A stretch of 62,837 nt of DNA, counting the filler, from Collodictyon triciliatum (lineage: Eukaryota), in the NCBI GenBank assembly GCA_043381765.1. It is 52 parts of 52 records of this genome, joined end to end, with 100 filler letters (N's around TTAATTAATTAA, not from the genome) between each part and the next. Parts side by side here need not be neighbours in the genome. Positions count along the whole stretch, not along the records: positions 25,516 to 26,626 come from JBHJMP010012264.1; positions 26,727 to 27,837 come from JBHJMP010012265.1; positions 27,938 to 29,048 come from JBHJMP010012266.1; positions 29,149 to 30,258 come from JBHJMP010012267.1; positions 30,359 to 31,468 come from JBHJMP010012268.1; positions 31,569 to 32,678 come from JBHJMP010012269.1; positions 32,779 to 33,888 come from JBHJMP010012270.1; positions 33,989 to 35,098 come from JBHJMP010012271.1; 44 more parts are not named here. One strand, written 5' to 3'. Both the position numbers and the translations under genes were made by a program. The notes beneath the pieces were generated by a model, which worked only from the letters and a program-made list of their open reading frames with translations, was not told the origin of the DNA and searched no databases. Below, piece after piece: positions 25,796 to 38,530 of the stretch (positions within the stretch are counted from its first letter, which is position 1; each line of letters opens with the position of its first letter).

Positions 25796-26626
25796 ATGAG
25801 CTTCCGTCGTTTTACTAAACAAGAATTTATTTATTATATGACAAATGCGAGGCCTGATCTAGCAACTGAAGAAGAGCCTGATCTAACAGGAATGACAAGA
25901 GTTGAAGTTTATGAGTATTTACAAGCTATGACTACAGACCCGTTACCTACAAAAACAAAGACTACAATAGCAGATAAATATGCCTATGAAGAAAGATGGG
26001 AATATGTGTGGAAAAAATATAAAGAATTTTTCCCAAGTGCACCTGAATCTATTAAAAATCATCCAAAATTTAAGTTTGGAGTTTTTGAAACTAGGAAAGA
26101 ACCTGTGAAAGAACCTGAGAAATCAGAGCCTGATGACCCCTTAGACGAGCCACCCGAAAGTTTAGGTAAGCCTGGAGGCTCAAAAGCTTCAGCTGTGCCA
26201 ATTAGGGCAACCCCTCTTATAGATATGACTGATTATGAAGAAGCACCAGTACAAGTACAAACACCAGTACAAGACGAAGACGAAGACGAAGACGAAGACG
26301 AAGACGAAGACGAAGACGAAGACGAAGGAAAAGAAGAAGGAGAAGGAGAAGGAGAAGGAAAAGGAAAAGAAAAAGAATCAGAAGAAGATAAGGGACGATT
26401 GGATTCAACAATGGATGAGCTAAATGCGTATTTTGCACAATTTGACAAGGCAATAGAAAGCCCCGAAGGAGAGAAAGAATTGCAAAGAATTGCAGACGAG
26501 GTTATAAAAGAAATTGGAAATAAAAAAGAGTATTTGACAATAGGATACCTTCAGAAAAAAAATGCGCGTGGTCAGAGAGTAGCATCTAAAGTGTACACAG
26601 GTATGAATCTTTGTTTTAAAGAGTGG
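25796..26626 (+). CDS. Intron-less hypothetical protein with an acidic (DE)n/(EG)n tract, 3'-truncated
   Basis: MSFRRFTKQEFIYYMTNARPDL... open for about 277 codons to the contig edge. Confidence 0.6.
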
Positions 26627-26726
26627 NNNNNNNNNNNNNNNNNNNNNNNNNNNNNNNNNNNNNNNNNNNNTTAATTAATTAANNNNNNNNNNNNNNNNNN
26701 NNNNNNNNNNNNNNNNNNNNNNNNNN

Positions 26727-26759
<33 letters not shown>

Positions 26760-26782
26760 AAAACAAAACAAAAAACAAAAAA

Positions 26783-27161
26783 AACATTTCATCGATTGTT
26801 GGGAGTTGTGATTTCAATATGTAACATCTTGCAAACAGATAAGTGTCGGTAACCAAATTATGACACAATAAAACCGTATCGTTGGTTTTGTCATAATCAT
26901 CTGCATTCTTTACAATCGACTAAAGAGATGTTTTCAGATTTCGATAGCCTGGTTTACAGACTTTAGATTCTCAGACTAAAGACGTTTTCTTTTCTTCACC
27001 TGAAAGTCTTTGTTTTACTTTTTCCTTTAGAAAACTACCGAGTTTTCAATTGTAATAAAACTTAAGTCGATTAGTCAATTTAATAAATATACCTGCATGA
27101 AATCCATTCATGTAAAATTAAGCATCTACCGAGACTTTCAAAATATGCGCTTTGTGGCAAA
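26783..27161 (-). mobile_element. Fanzor1-like element copy B: decayed 5' ORF end plus conserved leader
   Basis: Aligns by eye with 50403-50797; encodes KTSL*SIVKNADDYDKTNDTVLLCHNLVTDTYLFARCYILKSQLPTIDE with stops and a frameshift. Confidence 0.7.
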
Positions 27162-28479
27162 CAAACATACAAAGTTTTTTTTTTTACAAGTGATTTGAGA
27201 CAAAACGCTGAGAGCCGATTCGGCGAGTTCGAAAGGACGGCCGTATAGCCATTGTGGCTGAAAGTCAACATATCGGCCCAAACAACATGATTACCGCCGC
27301 AAGTGTGGATAGAATGTTTTTTTTTTGAAATGCATGTTTGGTGGCAGGTTTATTGGGTGCGTTCTGTTTGGGCCAATGCAAGGCTTGTTTGTAATGTTTT
27401 AATTTTAATGATATTATTACATAAATGAAAAATAAAATAAAAATTAATTACAGGAATAAAATGAGATTGTTAAGTATTTTTAATCTTATTATATATATAC
27501 TAATCGTACTATCATATTTTTCAGGTTGCTTCTTGGATTCATCAAAGCTCCTGCTTTCGTCAATCCAGATTTAATTTGATGGTTGTCTGTGCAGTAAACT
27601 GCTATACATATGGGTACACTTTCGTTGCATAAAGAGTGTTGTGCCTCGAAAGGGATAAAACCAGGTTCGTCACAACCTTTGTAATGAAGTTAATCCATTT
27701 ACAGGCTGAATGAGACTGAAGAGGAAGGAAGGAAAAAGAAAGGAAAAAAAGAAAAAAAGAAAAAAAGAAAAAAAGAAAAAAAGAAAAAAAGAAAAAAAGA
27801 AAAAAAGAAAAAAAGAAAAAAAGAAAAAAAGAAAAAANNNNNNNNNNNNNNNNNNNNNNNNNNNNNNNNNNNNNNNNNNNNTTAATTAATTAANNNNNNN
27901 NNNNNNNNNNNNNNNNNNNNNNNNNNNNNNNNNNNNNACGGACTCCATCTCGGGGCGAGGGTTGGTGTCTGCAGTCGGCGGTCGGCAGAATTCGTGCTCT
28001 GTGTTGGTTTGCATTGTGGTTGCTGCTGCGGCGGTCATTCGCTTTGTCTGTGCCATGGAAGTCTATTGCAATCCGCGTCTGATTTACCTTGCCGGGTTGT
28101 GGGTGTTATCGTTTTCCACCCACAAAGGCAATCAGAGAACAATTAATAGACACCAATAACTGATTAATACGGTAGATAATTGATTTAATCGTTAGTAAAT
28201 CACTTAAAAAAAGTTAAGATGCATTGATTTCTGAATTGTATAATAAATATAATATATTCCAAAAATAGGAAAATGACCCACCATTCCATTATGGGGTGCC
28301 ACAAACGAAAGCTTCAATAAATACAGCCAACGCGGCTTCATCATTATTATTCAACGCTCGCAAGGTGGTATCCCAAAGATTACCTGCCATCCGTCACGAT
28401 TGGGTAGCGGTGCAACAGTGGACGCAGAAATACTGAGACCCTTACGGGACGTGTTAGCTTCAGCCAAAGCCGCGACGTC

Positions 28480-28770
28480 TAATTGAGTTCTCAAACATCA
28501 ACACTATTTCATAAAGGAAGTAAGCGACTGTGGACAATGAGATAACTCAAGATTTGTATCGGCAAATGCATTTATGTGGAATCCCAGTCTCGCTGCTCGG
28601 CCGGCACGCTTAGCGGAAGTGTGAGCGCACCCGCAGCCTTATACAGGAAAATCAGCAGGTCTGGCACAAGATGAAGGAAGTGGTGGGCGCATGCCTGATA
28701 TCAAACACGTTTGTAAGTAATGAATACCAGAAAGACGCTACGTCCCCATCAACGGTCTATTACCTTGCGA
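28480..28770 (-). pseudogene. Possible degenerate hAT transposase C-terminal dimerisation domain
   Basis: Frameshifted DVASFW...VPDLLIFLYKAAGALTLPLSVPAEQRD resembles hATC 'FW...P.L...A..L..P.S....ER'. Confidence 0.3.
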
Positions 28771-29217
28771 GACGATGTCACATGTGTTTTTTGATTGGCC
28801 TCGATGCTCTCACAAAGCTGCCTGCGAAGTGCAGTCCAAGCGCGAATATGAGAAAAGGATCGCTCCTCCATTTTACATTATTTTTATTTGAGCAAATAGG
28901 ATTTGAAAGTGTTTGTAACCTTTTTAGATTGTGGATGAAACCAATAAAGGTTATGAGCTATGTGTCTGGCTCGTCATCATGGACGCGCTGTGATACGGGA
29001 GGCGGTGATGTGAGGTAATTCTCATGTTTTCCTTCCCCTGGTGCATTCNNNNNNNNNNNNNNNNNNNNNNNNNNNNNNNNNNNNNNNNNNNNTTAATTAA
29101 TTAANNNNNNNNNNNNNNNNNNNNNNNNNNNNNNNNNNNNNNNNNNNNAAGGCGTACGAGTATGATGCGGCCTCTCTGGGAGGCATGAACGCCGGCCTTG
29201 AGGCTGGGAAGACCACA

Positions 29218-30258
29218 GCAGGCGTTGTAGTGATCAAATGCAGAGGGAGGAACTGCCAAAGCGACGCTACCCACTATTGCACTGTCTGTGGAGAAAAGGG
29301 TGTCTATTGCGAAGAGCATAGTGAAAAGCACTTAGACGTCAGCGATGAAGATCATATCATGAAGTAATTCTTTCGATATAATACTGATGTATAGTAAAGT
29401 CATATCAGTTATTGCTTTGGCTACATTTCAAACACATTCTCACATTACTTTCTCCTAGTAAACTCGAGTTCGGAGCCTTGCCGGGTGCAAAGAAAACGGA
29501 AAACTGCTCTATTCATAAGAATTTCCCAATCAATTTCTTCTGCCCATCCTGCCCCGAATCTCCATTGAAGTGTGCTGAGTGCGCATTGGAAGACCAAGGT
29601 CACTTGGGACAACATATAAAAATCACCCAACAAGGATTCGACGCCAATTCCATTCTAGTCACCAAAATCCAAGAGCTCCGCAAGTCAGAGAATAAACTTG
29701 CACCGAATATTGCATCCGTCCAGCTGAAGATGAGAAAGGTTAGCTATTTCAAAATATTTCTTTTCGATCTAAATACATATAAACTTGCCAACATAGACAC
29801 CACAATAACAACCTTGCCCATATAGGAAGCCGAGCAGCACCAGAAGAGAGGCAACGAACTCGACGCATTCATCAAAGAACTTGAAGCACAAGTCGGCCAG
29901 TTCAAGGCTGAGTCGAAGAAGGAGGTAAGCTCAACTTTCTCGCGTTTTCCAGAGTTTTTTAAATAAGAAAAATTATGCCATATTCCACAAGGATATTAAT
30001 ACCTACAATATAATCCAGCTCGAAGCGTTGAACGAGTCCATCCTTGGCCCGCTGAGGGACTCGCAGAGCAGCCTCATGAACGAAATGCGCCGAATCCACA
30101 TCGCCAAGCGAACGCTGCGCAAGCTGATTGAGAAGCCCGAAGGCGAGCGCTCCCTGGTCCAGATGGGCAACGCACTGCGCTTCGCCAACCAAGTCCTTTA
30201 TTCCAAATACGATACACCAATTGAGATTGCCCCACTTACCTTTGTCTCGAGACTGCCG
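29218..30258 (+). CDS. B-box zinc-finger plus coiled-coil protein (TRIM-like), spliced
   Basis: ATHYCTVC...YCEEHSEKH and CSIHKNFPINFFCPSCPESPLKCAECALEDQGHLGQH (B-box), followed by coiled-coil exons. Confidence 0.75.
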
Positions 30259-30776
30259 NNNNNNNNNNNNNNNNNNNNNNNNNNNNNNNNNNNNNNNNNN
30301 NNTTAATTAATTAANNNNNNNNNNNNNNNNNNNNNNNNNNNNNNNNNNNNNNNNNNNNCAATAAAATAACAACAATAAAATAACAACAATAAAATAACAA
30401 CAATAAAATAACAACAATAAAATAACAACAATAAAATAACAACAATAAAATAACAACAATGATAATAACAATGATAATAACAATGATAATAACAATGATA
30501 ATAACAATGATAATAATAATGATAATAGCGATGATATAACAATGACAATGACAATGACAATGACAATGACAATAACAATGACAATAACAATGACAATAAC
30601 AATGACAATAACAATGACAATAACAATAACAATAAGAATGACAATAACAATAACAATAACAATCACAATAACAATGACAATAACAATGAAAATCATAATC
30701 ATAATCACAATCATAATCATAATACTTATACTATCAAACCCCATGTATTAATATTTTATCTGCAAATACACACAGA

Positions 30777-31212
30777 AGAACTTGTAATCAGATCAGCTAG
30801 GACACATGTTAAAATAGACCATTGTGTTGAAAAGAAAGAGATTGGTAAAAAACGCACCCAAAAGCAAAGAGGAAAGCGTCCAATCAACGCATTTATGGCA
30901 TTTGCCTCCCATCTTCGTAATACTCGCCCAGAAGACGAAAGACCTTTCAACAACAAAGACTTTCTTCGAGCTCTTGGAGAAAAATGGAAAAACATTCACC
31001 CCGCTGAGAAAGAGCAGTACAAACTACTTGCTACGCAACTGACACGCGTTCGTGATGAAGAGGAAAAACACAAAGTTGTAATAGCATCGCCTCATTTTTC
31101 CATTCGCATGGACAAATGTCAGTCGTACGGAAAGATACCCCACGCGTATGTTTGGTGTCCGGAAAAGACTAGCACACCATCAAATATTGCCTCTTTGTCT
31201 TCATCGTCTTGA
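30777..31212 (+). CDS. HMG-box protein (SOX/TCF/MATA-type signature), last exon
   Basis: GKRPINAFMAFASHLR...NNKDFLRALGEKWKNIHPAEKEQYKLLA. Confidence 0.85.
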
Positions 31213-31391
31213 TTCGTCATATATTAAAAGTATTACAAGTTAGGTGTGGCAAGATTAGCACGAAAGCTTCTTTAGTGAACCTATCTGCTGTTGGTTGTAT
31301 TGCATTTACATCAAAAACAAACCCACAATCCCAACCGCATCTAAACTCTCGTTTCTTTAACCTCCGAGTATTCCATTGCGCAAGCCCTCCT

Positions 31392-31463
<72 letters not shown>

Positions 31464-32894
31464 ACACANNNNNNNNNNNNNNNNNNNNNNNNNNNNNNNN
31501 NNNNNNNNNNNNTTAATTAATTAANNNNNNNNNNNNNNNNNNNNNNNNNNNNNNNNNNNNNNNNNNNNAAAGAAAAAAGAAAAGAAAAAAGAAAAGAAAA
31601 AAGAAAAGAAAAAAGAAAAGAAAAAAGAAAAGAAAAAAGAAAAGAAAAAAGAAAAGAAAAAGAAAAAAGAAAAAAGAAAAGAAAAGAAACAAGGGAATGA
31701 AAACAGGCAAGGAAGTCAATTGCAAGGTCTCTGTCGATCTATCCTTTCCACTCCCTTTGCAGCACTCTCGAAGATCGCAGCACCTTTGTCTGTCCTTCAC
31801 GCGGACAAACACCACTGACAATGCAGACTCGCCAGTCATAGGAGACTTTGTGATGGATCCGCTGAAGGGGACGTCGCACAGCACACTCGCCAATATCATG
31901 GCTTCGGCTCGGGCCTCGCTCCTGCATCCCACCCGGCCAGAAACCCCCGGCGAAGACCCGAGACTCCTCCTCACCATCGACGAGTCGTCCCGCCCAAGCA
32001 CAGCCCGCAGGTTTATGCGCACCCATTCTCCCGTCTAGCATATGTTTTATCTCGTGGAATGACGCTGTGTTTCCTTGCAATAATATTATATTCACTACAT
32101 GGATTATAAAATACACTCTCAATCGTATGGGTTGCAGAGCGGTTCTTCTATCTTTTTTTCCTCTTTATTCGAAGGGGTTCTTCTATCTTGATTTGAATCA
32201 TGTGATTTGAAGTGTGTGTTGGTGAATTTATTGTCTGTGTCTTCATAGTGACTTGGGCGGTACTCTCAAGAGAAACATTCTGAGACGTGGAGGGAGTTTT
32301 ACAGAGGCTGACTTGAGCAATGACATGCATAACACTTCGCTGGATTCCTCTGCGGTATTGGTCACAATATTTCACAATGGATATTAAACTCCGACTCTAT
32401 CATAATCTTTATTCGCTTCCTGATATCACTTTTTAATTCTCTTAAAGAAAAATGTTGCAAAAATTCCTACGTTCATAAGCGATGTGATACTTGTTGCATA
32501 TTCGCTACTTTCCTTCAAGCCATGGAGCGATAACAATTCACATAATACGAATTATGCATATTCGAAGTCCTTATTGAAGGAATAATAAAATAAAATAAAA
32601 TAAAATAAAATAAAATAAAATAAAATAAAATAAAATAAAATAAAATAAAATAAAATAAAATAAAATAAAATAAAATAANNNNNNNNNNNNNNNNNNNNNN
32701 NNNNNNNNNNNNNNNNNNNNNNTTAATTAATTAANNNNNNNNNNNNNNNNNNNNNNNNNNNNNNNNNNNNNNNNNNNNGGACCAGGTTATTCATTCATTC
32801 ATTTATTTATTTATTATTTATTTATTATTTATTTATTATTTATTTATTATTTATTTATTATTTATTTATTTATTATTGTTATCTTATTTTGCAG

Positions 32895-33743
32895 GGGCCA
32901 AAGCAACAACGCTGTCGTTTAAGCACTTGGAGGTGAACTGCAAGGACGTCCGTTGTCTTCGATTTAGCTTTCTTGTCGGGACAAATGCACATAAACTATT
33001 TTCTGGTATGTCTGCCTCATTCTGGTATACTTTCGGCATGATAAATGACCGCTCAATCGCATAAAGACTATGTCGAGCGCTTTTTTCTGCCCGAATCAAC
33101 CGCTTTGGTATTTGCATTCAATAATAAGTACAATGTAAGTCATTATACCTGTGTATCTATGGGATTATATTCTCCTTGACTTTTCTTGACTTTTCTTGAC
33201 TTTTCTTGACTTTTCTTGACTTTTCTTGACTTTTCTTGACTTTTCTTGACTTTTCTTGACTTTTCTTGACTTTTTTTTTGACTTCTTTTTTGACTTCTTT
33301 TTTGACTTCTTTTTTTGACTTCTTTCTTGACTTCTTTTTTGACTTTTTTTTTTTGACTTTTTTTTTGACTTTTTTTTGACTTTTTTTTTGACTTTTTTTA
33401 TTTGACTTTTCTTGTTTTCATGCTTCATGTTACTAATTGAACTGTTATATCACTCCAATATGCTGTGGATGTAAAAGTTCCCTGTTGATTACGACGGATG
33501 GAATGTATATAATCCACAAGCTGAGTTTGAGAGGCTAGGTATATTGTCTTTTTTTCATCGTTTAATATTTTCAGTTTAAACAGAATATTCCAAAAGATTA
33601 GACTTTAAGAATACTTTCATTTTCATAAAAGATACTATAAAACTATTTAAAATACACGAATTGAGCATTTAATTGTTAAAAGGTGCAACCTCGGGCTTTT
33701 GGAGATTATCAGATGTCAACTCAGAATACAAAATATCCGACAG
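32895..33743 (+). CDS. Myotubularin-family phosphoinositide phosphatase, spliced fragment
   Basis: LEVNCKDVRCLRFSF (PH-GRAM), DGWNVYNPQAEFERL, FWRLSDVNSEYKISDR. Confidence 0.8.
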
Positions 33744-34539
33744 GTATCAATATGTCAATATTTCATGTCTTTTATGTCTTTTATGTTTTTTATGTCTTTT
33801 ATGTCTTTTATGTCTTTTATGTCTTTTATGTCTTTTATGTCTTTTATGTCTTTTATGTCTTTTATGTCTTTTATGTCTTTTATGTCTTNNNNNNNNNNNN
33901 NNNNNNNNNNNNNNNNNNNNNNNNNNNNNNNNTTAATTAATTAANNNNNNNNNNNNNNNNNNNNNNNNNNNNNNNNNNNNNNNNNNNNACATAAAAGACA
34001 TAAAAGACATAAAAGACATAAAAGACATAAAAGACATAAAAGACATAAAAGACATAAAAGACATAAAAGACATAAAAGACATAAAAGGCGTACAGGCGTA
34101 CAGGCACACAAGAACATCCACCCCCGAAGGCGCATTGAGTGTGCGGCACATACCAACGCATCTCTGGTTCAAACAACAGGGCAAATTGCGTGTTGGTATG
34201 TTAGCCTATTGATTTCGGGTCTTTCACCAATATTTTTGTGTAACATGTGTTTGAATAATTACGACGCTTGTTCCGTTCTGATTATATTGAATTGCTTTTA
34301 AAATTTTGAATTGAATTCAGGAAAAAAGAACGGAATCAGACATAACCACATAAGTGTACAGAGACATTGCAGAAATGTGACAGGGTATGCAGCTGATTCT
34401 AAGGTGCAGTGACATAGTAAGCAGCATGTGAAATATTAGGTACAGGATACACAGTGAAAACAGGGTTAGAGATTGGTGTTATTGAATATATATTCCACAT
34501 ATAGGTTACTATTATTGGAATAAACGTAAATACTGCTGG

Positions 34540-35040
34540 CGGAGAAGAAAATGTTGGCAACACTTCGCGTAACTGGGACTCGACCCGCCAATCGACACCA
34601 AGCAACCCACGACTCTAGAACACTCTGGACAGTCACAAGGGGACTTATGCTGTGTTCCTTATGAAGTGCGCGTATATTCTCGCTCTAGTCATTCACCCGA
34701 ACGAAAAATCAATGTATCGAGGCTTGAAAGCCTCGTGCAATACAGCTTCCTGAACAGCTTGCTGAAATACACCCGCATTCTTCGCTACTCTGACTGCAAG
34801 CGAAGAGAGATGTGGGAATGTGTCGTAAGATATCTCCCACAGCATATCCAGCTACTGCTATCCACGCAGCCAATCAACCAGTTGGGACACCCATCTGACC
34901 AACTCGCTGTCACTGATTTCTTTCCAGTGCTAGCCTATCCGCTTTATTGTCTTCTCTTACTCACGTTTGCTCTCTGCCACGCGCACACCTATCTTCAACT
35001 TTTTTTACGTTTTTGTTCTGTTGCACCTCGCATTGAATAT
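34540..35040 (+). mobile_element. Non-LTR retrotransposon 3' end, family B, decayed and probably 5'-truncated
   Basis: Clear nucleotide homology to 58810-59227 (ORF end and 3' UTR); frameshifts; ends in QLAVTDFF. Confidence 0.65.
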
Positions 35041-36059
35041 GTAAAAGAAAACTTGATAATTAATATATACAACCGATTGTTTAATGAACAGAAACCTTNN
35101 NNNNNNNNNNNNNNNNNNNNNNNNNNNNNNNNNNNNNNNNNNTTAATTAATTAANNNNNNNNNNNNNNNNNNNNNNNNNNNNNNNNNNNNNNNNNNNNCT
35201 TTGATTCCATCGCGCTAATTCGATTTTTTTTTTCCAAGCACTGGATTAGATGATATTTCCCAGCCTCATCCGCATGTTGTTTGCATGGCCAGGTGCATCT
35301 TGCAAAAGTTTCTCTGCCATGAAAGTGGGAAAAGTACATCGTCCAAAATCCAATCTGCTGCACATCATTCATCATCGATGTGTAAGAGAATACAATTTTT
35401 CTGTTTTCTTTTACCTTTCACGCAGGATAAATATTTTATTTTTCTCATTCTTCTCATCCCAGAGCGTAATTCCCGACGCGCAAGTACCTATTCCTTGCCA
35501 CCTTTCGCAGCTTATGACGTCGACTGAATACGGATATGCGATGCATGTTTCCAGTTGCTAGGATTATGTTGTGCTTCTTTGTGAAATGGTTGCTCATCGC
35601 CGCGGCTAAATGTTGCAGCGTCTATCAATCGGTCAATAAACTCAAAGCATCACTAATATAGATTAGCCAAGCAGATAAAAAAGTAATCACTCCTCTTTTG
35701 AGTAAATATTGAAGTTCAAGGATGATAGAATCAAAATTATTCGAAGGGGCATTTATTCGTTTGATATCGATTTTAAAAGCTCTAATCTACATTCTAAAAC
35801 TTGATGTTTATCTTGTGTTTGGCATCGAGCCTCTTCATTGATGACTCTGCACTGTACTGGGTAAATGACTGTCCTCATGTAATTAACAAAACGACAGATG
35901 CGTCAATCATCGCGACTCGGACGAAGAGATGTATTTCGCTCAGAAGACTGCTGATAGTATTTGGTGTCAAATAAGTTTTGATTGGAAAAAAATGACAGTA
36001 ATAGCGAAGAAATGAAAGTGCCACTAATTTATAATAAAGGAAAAAAGGAAAGGCAACCC

Positions 36060-36231
36060 CATTTCTTTGTCTTTCCAACGGCAAGTTTTGGAAGCCCGCG
36101 ATAAGGCTATCGAGCGGAAAACACGCTTTGCAGACTTTTTCGCTGCTGATGTATCCGCATCGTAAACACACACTTTGCACAGGAGTTTTGTCCTCGTTAT
36201 AAAAAGTCATTGCTTCGACCGATTGGATGAT
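36060..36231 (-). pseudogene. CTU1: Cytoplasmic tRNA 2-thiolation protein 1 C-terminal exon, apparently frameshifted
   Basis: QSVCLRCGYISSEKVCKAC..LDSL..G, with LPKLAVGK in a shifted frame; matches the CTU1/Ncs6 C-terminal CxxCGYISSxxxCKAC. Confidence 0.7.
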
Positions 36232-37821
36232 ACCTATTGAGAAAGTCTAGACACATGCGCAGCGCATCCGCATGAACTAAATCAAGAGTACAAATTAAAC
36301 ATTATATTNNNNNNNNNNNNNNNNNNNNNNNNNNNNNNNNNNNNNNNNNNNNTTAATTAATTAANNNNNNNNNNNNNNNNNNNNNNNNNNNNNNNNNNNN
36401 NNNNNNNNGCAGTTGGCTATTCTCTCTCAATTGCCTTGATTGATACAAATCGACAGTATTAAGATTCGCTTTCTCTTCCTTTTCTTTTAAAAACCATCAT
36501 CACACAGAAACATCCAAGTGAAAGGGAAAAAACAAGAAGGCAGTGATATTGGAAAACATTCACTTGAATTAATCAGGCGTAGAACGGCGCTGGATTGTGG
36601 CAGAATAACAGATGCCCGAGGTTGAGGGATATGAGGAGGCCCACGATTTATGGGGTACTTTTTTCCAGTAAGTTCCTAGAATGTCAGATGAAAGAATGCA
36701 ATATCAAAATATATCTCAAAATTCTCATCTTTCCCAATAAATACGATTTTTTTCAATTTGGGTATCAGCTATTATTCATTCAGTCATAGGCTTTCCTTTA
36801 AAAACAATTTAAAGAAAAATAGTAAAGGATGATTATTATGTATATAAACCAGGAGTAAGTATGTGTGATTCACTCTTTCTTTAAATTTCTTTTATTTACT
36901 ATATATAATTAAGTGCTGGTTATAAATGCAAAACCCTGATAAGCCTGATCTCTTTAAAGTTGTCTTTGGTTTCGTTGAGTTGACTGAAGCAGCTCCGTAT
37001 TCTGACGACTTTATCCTTGAGTGAAATGTGACCAGGTCTTAACAATCTTTGGAACTTTTTCCTTCAAAGTTGAGGAGGCTGAAGCTATACATGCAAAAAG
37101 GAGGGGAAAACATGGTTGAGATTGGGTTATAACTAATGTGACTTCTTTGTGTCAATCAATCCAATATGTAAATAAATATTGCACAATATCCTTATGAATT
37201 TACCTTCATTTTAATCGTCTTGTAAACGAAATAGGTAATGGGAAATGGGATGAAGAAAAATATAATAACAAGGTAAGATTGAATAAAGTATACACGAGCT
37301 CCTCTCATTGTTACGAAGGGATTATCTTCCGCCTTGGGCTCTGGTTTGACAACAAAATCTGTCATAAGGTAAGAATTGGCCTGCAGTGGCTTTGAAGGAA
37401 ACACTGAAATGACTTCGTCACTTTGCTAGGTATTACAAGGAGTGTTGAAGTTTTTGTTTATATTATATACAACTAATTCTTTATTCACACAAATGCGTTT
37501 TTAATAGATTATTTATGNNNNNNNNNNNNNNNNNNNNNNNNNNNNNNNNNNNNNNNNNNNNTTAATTAATTAANNNNNNNNNNNNNNNNNNNNNNNNNNN
37601 NNNNNNNNNNNNNNNNNTATTTCTTTTTTCTTATTTCTTTTTTCTTATTTCTTTTTTCTTATTTCTTTTTTCTTATTTCTTTTTTCTTATTTCTTTTTTC
37701 TTATTTCTTTTTTCTTTTTTCTTTTTTCTTTTTTCTTTTTTCTTTTTTCTTTTTTCTTTTTTCTTTTTTTTCTTTTTTCTTTTTTCTTTTTTCTTGTTTA
37801 ATGATGAGAAATATGAGAACA

Positions 37822-38530
37822 CCTCTCCAGCATCGTTGTATGTGATTAGAGCGGAATCGAATGCCTTAAATTGTTGTGTACTTGGCTTCTGTATCAACGC
37901 CATCGAGCGAATGCATGTCACGGTTTTCTTTGTGATTGTTTGGAATCGGAACCGAATCTGAGCTTTGATTTCGGAATCGCCAGATATCTAAAGTATTGAA
38001 GCAAACAACGATATGGTAGAAAGTTCTTTTGATGAAAACAGACGGGTGATGGGACACTATTACCATTCATATTAACAATGATTGTGAATGTCAGAATAGA
38101 TTATAAAATAGAGGGAATGAGAATGGCTCTTTTATCCATCGATGGCTATTGTAAATGACAGAAGATTGTGTCATCATGCTAAGAAACAAAAGCATAAAAA
38201 AAAAAAAAACGCAATCTGACCCGCGGATCGAAAAGAAAAGCCTGTCCTCTTGTCGAGTTTGGCGGCACTTCGCCCGTGCAAGCATAACGAAGGCACTCGA
38301 TGATGGTCTATCTCCAACAAAGCCGATAAGCAACAAGAAACGCCACATGCATCAAGATTAAAGATCTGCAGAAGAGCATATAAGTTGACCAGAGAGAATG
38401 TACCAACCGTCTTTCCCGATCCATTCGCACCAACGATCACAGTCAAAGGCTTGAAAAACTCAATGACATATTGATCTTCGGGGCTGTAACTGCGGATTCC
38501 ACGTATCATCATCTTTTCGATTGTTGCCAT
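37822..38530 (-). CDS. RAD50: DNA repair ATPase RAD50, 5' exons
   Basis: [17 protein letters not shown]...[19 protein letters not shown] / [24 protein letters not shown] / VTCIRSM...QFKAFDS. Confidence 0.95.
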
